Positions 59,308-64,000 of a stretch of DNA of 64,000 nt are shown here, piece after piece (position 1 is the stretch's first letter; every line of letters starts with the position of its first letter). A program made the translations under genes and the position numbers. Source of the DNA: Desulfurococcaceae archaeon (GTDB lineage: Archaea > Thermoproteota > Thermoprotei_A > Sulfolobales > Desulfurococcaceae). Below the pieces are notes generated by a model. That model saw only the letters and a list, made by a program, of their open reading frames with translations, was not told the DNA's origin and made no database searches. Location: positions 224,001 to 288,000 of the forward strand of contig JAWAJB010000001.1 of NCBI GenBank assembly GCA_038888155.1, given 5' to 3'.

Positions 59308-59796
59308 GTGAAGATTGATGCGTGTCCTCGCTGCGGGGCACCCGGCTACTTGATCATCGATGAAAGGGAGCTTAAATCCGGCACGCAAGTCTACTACTTT
59401 GTCCTGCATAAATACAGAGACCCAGCTACAGGCAAGCTGAGGACAAAGAAGTGTAGTATTGGTAGCGAGGGATACATATACGTTACTAAGACCCACACGC
59501 TACCATACCATGGCATATCGCTGAGGCTGAGTAATATTGTTGAAGCTGAGAAGCTCGCCGAGCTAGCTGTGAAAACATTAGAGAACATTGAGAAATACTT
59601 GAAGAGGCTCAGCCCAGAGAAGCGGGAAGAGGAGATCAAGAGGCTTGGGCCGAGGATCGAGCGGCTCGCTGAGATCATCGCGCTCCTCAGCGAGCTTGAA
59701 CCGAGCCTGTATCCAAATTTGGAAACACTGAGAAGAAGCCCGGGAAGGAGCCCCGGAGACCCGAGTTCGACCACGAGTACGATGGGAGAGCTGTGA
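59308..59796 (+). CDS. Zinc-finger DNA-binding protein of archaeal MGEs
   Basis: CPRCG...YYFVLH...KKCSIG; helical C-terminus. Confidence 0.6.
   Translation: MKIDACPRCGAPGYLIIDERELKSGTQVYYFVLHKYRDPATGKLRTKKCSIGSEGYIYVTKTHTLPYHGISLRLSNIVEAEKLAELAVKTLENIEKYLKRLSPEKREEEIKRLGPRIERLAEIIALLSELEPSLYPNLETLRRSPGRSPGDPSSTTSTMGEL
59709..59727. repeat. Palindromic repeat copy 2 (GTATCCAAATTTGGAAACA)
   Basis: Exact reverse complement of 63684-63702. Confidence 0.75.
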
Positions 59797-59933
59797 AGGT
59801 GCTTCTGCATAATGGTACTACTATAGTTGGCAAAGCTGAAACATCCAAGTACTGGCTGAAGATGCAGGTTGCCGGCGGCAGGTGCATCTACGTGAACAAA
59901 GCCTACGTAGTGATGATCGAGCCGGCGGAGTAG
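59793..59933 (+). CDS. Hfq/Sm-like small protein (not in ORF track)
   Basis: VKVLLHNGTTIVGKAETSKYWLKM...IYVNKAYVVMI resembles Sm1/Sm2 motifs; GTGA overlap with the upstream stop. Confidence 0.55.
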   Translation: MKVLLHNGTTIVGKAETSKYWLKMQVAGGRCIYVNKAYVVMIEPAE

Positions 59934-60153
59934 GCTTCACACTACAGCTGTTTTTAAAACTACACCTTTTTACAGGGTTGCGCTTTGACGAAAAACAGTG
60001 AAAAAGGTGGAAAGGTGTGCCCGCGTGAACCCCGATAAGCCTCCAACAGATGAATCCGGGCTTAAAAAGCGAGTGGGCGGGCTATCGGTCAGCGTCTCGG
60101 GGAGCTTGTGCTCCTGGATGAGAAAGATGTAGAAACAGTGCGGGGCGTGCTCT

Positions 60154-62004
60154 ATGGTAAACTCCGGTAGAGAGGATAATAAAGCAATCGTTGGCGTCGA
60201 GGTCAAGGAGCTGAGGCCCCTGGTTCTCGCGCGAAACGAGGGCTGGTTCAAGCTCGGGAACGCCTACGTTGTTCTGAGGTTCTCGAAGGATAGGACAGTT
60301 AAGGTAACCGTGATCAATGGGGACGGCGTTGCTGGCGGCTACGTCATATATAGTAATGTGAATTGCTCCATTACTCAGATAGTTGTCGACGGAGTTGACA
60401 TATGCAACGAGTTGGTGAAGGTTATAAACAACTACAACGAGCTCGTTGAGCAGTACGAGCTAGTTGAGAGAGCCAAAGCCGCGAGGATTTTGGACGATAG
60501 AATGGTTCCGAGAATGCCGAGGGAGTTCAACGTACTGCTCTACTCTCTCACGAAGAAGGTCCTGGACACGAGGATCGTTAAGACGTTCTACATATACGAG
60601 GGAGCCAGGGAGGTTGTCCTGGGGATCTACTGCTACGATGGAGGCTACTACCGGGAGTGCGAGGAAACGCTGAAGAACGAGCTGACGAAGGTCGTTGCAG
60701 ACAGCGGATTATTGGAAATGCAACTGGCTCCGACCGTTGCTGGCCTTGTTGTCAAGAACATAGAGATGAGGACAATGGAGTACTACAGCCCTGCCAGGCG
60801 TTGCCTACTGTTTAAGAACAAAGTATTCTGCTGGGACCAATTCCTAGAGACAAAGGATATAGAGAAATCACTTATGGAGCCAAGCCCAGATTTAATTGTT
60901 ACACACAAGGTACCGTGGGAGCTGAAGCCCGACATACTGAAGAAAGCCCGAGAAGGATTGCTCAAGTACGTGCCCCCCAAAGACATCAATGATCTAGTTG
61001 AGTTGTTCAAGGCGCTAGCACCAAAAAGCTTCAAGGCGTTCCTGAACTGGGTTAAGAAGCCTGGCGAGGACGAGAAGGATGCTTATCCAAGAGTAGTATT
61101 ACTACTAGAAATAATAGGATATACTTTGTACCCGCACGACTACCCCTTCCACAAGGCAATCCTGCTCGTTGGAGAGGGCTCCAATGGGAAATCAACTTAC
61201 CTGAAACTTATTGAGACAATACTGTCGAAGGCAAACGTGTCAAACGTGAGCTTATCGGATCTGGACCCGCTGATAAACCGCTTCGCCGCGGCGGATCTCT
61301 ACAACAAACTGGCTAACATCTCGAGCGAGCCCCCGAAGAGGGCGTTCGAACCAACGCTGTTCAAGATGCTGACGGGCGAGGACTTGGTCAGGATGGAGCG
61401 GAAGTTCAGAGATTCTTTTAACGCATACAACTACGCGAAGATGATATTCGCAGCGAATGAGCTCCCACAGATCACAGAGGATACATACGCGTATTGGAGG
61501 AGATGGATAGTGATAGAGTTCCCGAACAGATTCGACCCAGACCCCACATTTTTCGAGAGAACGTTCACGCCCGATGAGATTGAAGTAATCATACTGCTGG
61601 CGCTACACGCCTTCCGATTAGTCCTCGAGAGAAAAGCGTTCTCGGAGTCAGGTGTCGAAGACGTTAGAGAAGAGTGGTTGAGCAGAGCTAACCCAGTCTA
61701 CAGAGTCGTGAAGAGAATGCTTGACGACGGAATCATAGAGCTGGATCCCAAAGGCGTAGTAGTAAAGTCGGACCTGTACCAGCTCTACAAGAAGTACGTT
61801 GATGTATTGAATGACGAAGGATACGAGCCACCCGTGCTAGAGCAGAAGGACTTCACCAAGAGCTTGACACGGTACTTCCCGATCAGAAGCGGGTCTACTC
61901 GGATTCTGGGGAGAGGTAAAAACGTCTACTTCAGTGTTAAAATAAAGAACTACGACAAAGCACTCGAGCTGACGGGGCGTCTTGAAACACCAAGAGGTCT
62001 GTAA
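60154..62004 (+). CDS. SF3 helicase, D5/P4-type, without primase domain
   Basis: GEGSNGKST Walker A, KLANISSE, FKMLTGED...ERKF, AKMIFAAN.LP, AYWRRW, C-terminal wHTH. Confidence 0.9.
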   Translation: MVNSGREDNKAIVGVEVKELRPLVLARNEGWFKLGNAYVVLRFSKDRTVKVTVINGDGVAGGYVIYSNVNCSITQIVVDGVDICNELVKVINNYNELVEQYELVERAKAARILDDRMVPRMPREFNVLLYSLTKKVLDTRIVKTFYIYEGAREVVLGIYCYDGGYYRECEETLKNELTKVVADSGLLEMQLAPTVAGLVVKNIEMRTMEYYSPARRCLLFKNKVFCWDQFLETKDIEKSLMEPSPDLIVTHKVPWELKPDILKKAREGLLKYVPPKDINDLVELFKALAPKSFKAFLNWVKKPGEDEKDAYPRVVLLLEIIGYTLYPHDYPFHKAILLVGEGSNGKSTYLKLIETILSKANVSNVSLSDLDPLINRFAAADLYNKLANISSEPPKRAFEPTLFKMLTGEDLVRMERKFRDSFNAYNYAKMIFAANELPQITEDTYAYWRRWIVIEFPNRFDPDPTFFERTFTPDEIEVIILLALHAFRLVLERKAFSESGVEDVREEWLSRANPVYRVVKRMLDDGIIELDPKGVVVKSDLYQLYKKYVDVLNDEGYEPPVLEQKDFTKSLTRYFPIRSGSTRILGRGKNVYFSVKIKNYDKALELTGRLETPRGL

Positions 62005-62022
62005 ATAGGGGTCTGCCATGAT

Positions 62023-62119
62023 TGCAATTACTGAGTTTCAACTCTTTACCCCCTATACCCCACCCCTCTGCAAAACCACCCCCCTATACGGGGTAAAGAC
62101 TCAAAAATCAGTAATTGCA
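62023..62119. other. Candidate replication origin of the element (nested inverted repeats)
   Basis: TGCAATTACTGA/TCAGTAATTGCA and TCTTTACCCC/GGGGTAAAGA arms with symmetric 8-nt spacers. Confidence 0.65.
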
Positions 62120-62186
62120 GAGTTTATAAACTTTTCGCTACTGTTCACATTACAGCGTTTCATGAGATGTACAGGTGTTATACAGT

Positions 62187-63227
62187 ATGGGCAAGCTTGA
62201 TTTCATAGAGTATCTGAGGGAGTACTTTAGGGGTCCTACGGGGTTGGCGGAGGATCGTGAGTTGTTCATCTGCAGGGGGGATCCTGCTAGTAGTAGGGTT
62301 AAGGACAGGGGGGTTGTCTGGCTCCACGGCTTGGACGCCTACCTATCTACATATGTTAAATCACTGAGAAGGCTCAAGGAGCGGAACATCTACATGGGGG
62401 TTGGTTTTCTATCGGAGCATGGGGAGACGGCTCCTGTAGTTGATAAGATGCTGTACGATCGCCTCAGCTTCGACTTCGACAGCGAAGACAACCCAACTAA
62501 CGCGGTTGTGGAAGCCCTCGGGTTTGCCCAGTACATCAGCACGAAGTACAAAGCGACACCGATCGTGTTCGAGACTGGCTTCAAGGGTGCACACGTTGTT
62601 GTACCATTATCTAAGCCCGTGGACTGGGAGGGCTACCAGTTGCTGTGGAAGCACCTCTACGGCGAGATACCCCTTGAAACAAGGAAGCTCGTGGATGTAA
62701 ACATGCTTCAATGGAACCGCGTTGATAGAGTACCCTTAACCTACAACGTCAAGGAGAACGATGCTAGGTTCTGCAGAGTCATCTACCCGAGAGAGTTCTC
62801 CTGGGGGGACTTCAGCTGGAGGGAGCTCAAGCCTCTTGACCCAGCTAGCGTTAGACCAGTCAAGATAGTAGTTCCCCAGGTCGTTAAACCCAAGATCATC
62901 GCTTCTACTAAGCACGAGAGCTCCTGGGTTTGGGAAGTGGTTGAATCCGGTCTGCCGGATGGGCGCAAAAGGTTCATACTATACGTGTTAATACCGTACT
63001 TAGTCAACATCGTTAACAAGAGCGAGGACGAGGTTCTCGAGGTGTGCAGAGAGTTCCTGGAGAACAGTTGCAGAAACCACGGGAAGTGCAGCAAGGTCTA
63101 CGACTCGTGGATACGCTCGGTTATCAGGAGCGCGAGGAGCAGGAAGTTCAACGGCTTTAGCCTAGAGAAGTTCAAGGATAAAAACCAGGACGTCAAAGAT
63201 GTCGTTGAGAAGCTGTTGGGCGAGTAG
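62187..63227 (+). CDS. AEP primase-polymerase, PriS-like domain fused to PriX-like domain
   Basis: FDFDSED and ETGFKGAH AEP motifs, RVDRVP.T.N; C-terminal GLPDGRKRFILYVL.PYLVN. Confidence 0.82.
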   Translation: MGKLDFIEYLREYFRGPTGLAEDRELFICRGDPASSRVKDRGVVWLHGLDAYLSTYVKSLRRLKERNIYMGVGFLSEHGETAPVVDKMLYDRLSFDFDSEDNPTNAVVEALGFAQYISTKYKATPIVFETGFKGAHVVVPLSKPVDWEGYQLLWKHLYGEIPLETRKLVDVNMLQWNRVDRVPLTYNVKENDARFCRVIYPREFSWGDFSWRELKPLDPASVRPVKIVVPQVVKPKIIASTKHESSWVWEVVESGLPDGRKRFILYVLIPYLVNIVNKSEDEVLEVCREFLENSCRNHGKCSKVYDSWIRSVIRSARSRKFNGFSLEKFKDKNQDVKDVVEKLLGE

Positions 63228-63230
63228 AGC

Positions 63231-63671
63231 ATGGGCGTTGAACCCCTCCACAGGGGTTTTCTGAGGAGGTTTGAAAACCACGACGCTAAGTCAAGGGACT
63301 ACGGGGTCAAGCCACCGGTTCTCTCCGAGTGGTGGAGCAGGGTTCTCGAGTCTTACCGGAACGGGTTTAGATGTGAGTACTGCGGCAGGCAATTGAAGCT
63401 TGAAGGGAGTCCTGACGACCCAGACCTCTGGACAATAGACCACAGGATCCCACTGAAGCTCGGTGGGGACAACAGTGCGGGAAACATAGCAGTAGTCTGC
63501 AACAGGTGCAACCGGGCAAAGTCCTCCTTACCCGCAGACCTCTACCTTAAGCTACTGGACGCTGTTAGAAAAGTATACGGCGAAGATGTCCTCGAGCAAA
63601 TCCTCTACTACTTGTCAATACCCGGTAAAGCCAAGAAGGTTGAAACTTGGAGCCGGGCAAAACATAGCTAG
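63231..63671 (+). CDS. HNH endonuclease
   Basis: CEYCG...TIDHRIPL..GG.N...N.AVVC.RCN..K. Confidence 0.92.
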   Translation: MGVEPLHRGFLRRFENHDAKSRDYGVKPPVLSEWWSRVLESYRNGFRCEYCGRQLKLEGSPDDPDLWTIDHRIPLKLGGDNSAGNIAVVCNRCNRAKSSLPADLYLKLLDAVRKVYGEDVLEQILYYLSIPGKAKKVETWSRAKHS

Positions 63672-63683
63672 CAAAACATCTCA

Positions 63684-63702
63684 TGTTTCCAAATTTGGAT
63701 AC
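63684..63702. repeat. Palindromic repeat copy 3 (TGTTTCCAAATTTGGATAC)
   Basis: Intergenic, inverted relative to copies 1 and 2. Confidence 0.75.
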
Positions 63703-63713
63703 CCAGGTCTTGT

Positions 63714-63929
63714 TTAAACCGCTTTAACCCACGTAGCATCAGCCTTCATTCTCGCTTCTACCACTAGTGATCTGATCTCGTCTAGTTCTCTGTGAACCCA
63801 GTAGAGCCTTGACCGTAGCCGCTACGGCGCGAGCTCTATTCTTCTCTGCAGCTCGTCTATTCTGTCAATGCACTCCTCGAGGACGCGGACTACCTCCTCG
63901 ATAAGCCAGCACCTCTCACTAGAAGACAT
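63714..63929 (-). pseudogene. Small coiled-coil ORF interrupted by an in-frame TAG
   Basis: 35 codons, TAG at 63822-63824, then 35 more in-frame codons to TAA. Confidence 0.35.
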
Positions 63930-64000
63930 AGAGGCTTAAAAAGCAGAAGCACAAAAGCACAAGCTCGTGCAAACCGGGGATCAATGCTTCTGCCACGCCC

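Larger units (their letters stand above)
57673..64000. mobile_element. Integrated plasmid/virus-like replicon; boundaries unresolved, may extend left to ~47.7 kb and beyond the right window edge
   Basis: AbrB-like regulator, SF3 helicase, AEP primase, HNH, ori-like inverted repeat, AT-rich small ORFs. Confidence 0.8.

Noticed and set aside
1-64000. CRISPR array, rRNA or IS transposase
   Set aside because: No regularly spaced repeats, rRNA-like sequence or transposase motifs seen

Overview
Chromosomal window from a hyperthermophilic crenarchaeon. Gene content and BHB-intron tRNAs suggest Desulfurococcales. Positions ~1-47.6 kb are mostly housekeeping genes (hsp20, NAPRTase, taw3, dtdA, priL, adk, ino1, aspS, cdc6, hel308, moeA, sucCD-like, ppa, dys, ferritin, subtilisin) plus four intact tRNA genes. 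Four features stand out. (1) A split, apparently trans-spliced initiator tRNA-Met(CAT): two separately promoted halves, split at 30/31, with complementary leader/trailer and a BHB junction (19.0-19.4 kb). (2) A compact archaeal RiPP cluster: an unannotated 39-aa CxxxCxxxC precursor, a radical SAM/SPASM maturase, an ABC exporter and a divergent ArsR regulator (38.9-43.1 kb). (3) A DNA-transfer-like locus with VirB4, a pilin-PKD-VirB6-like fusion, class III pilins and a truncated TFB (47.8-57.7 kb). (4) An adjoining plasmid/virus-type replicon running off the window end: SF3 helicase, palindromic ori candidate, PriS-PriX primase, HNH, an Hfq/Sm-like ORF behind a -1 slippery site, and a palindrome present in three copies. 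All product calls come from motif recognition by eye; no database searches were run.
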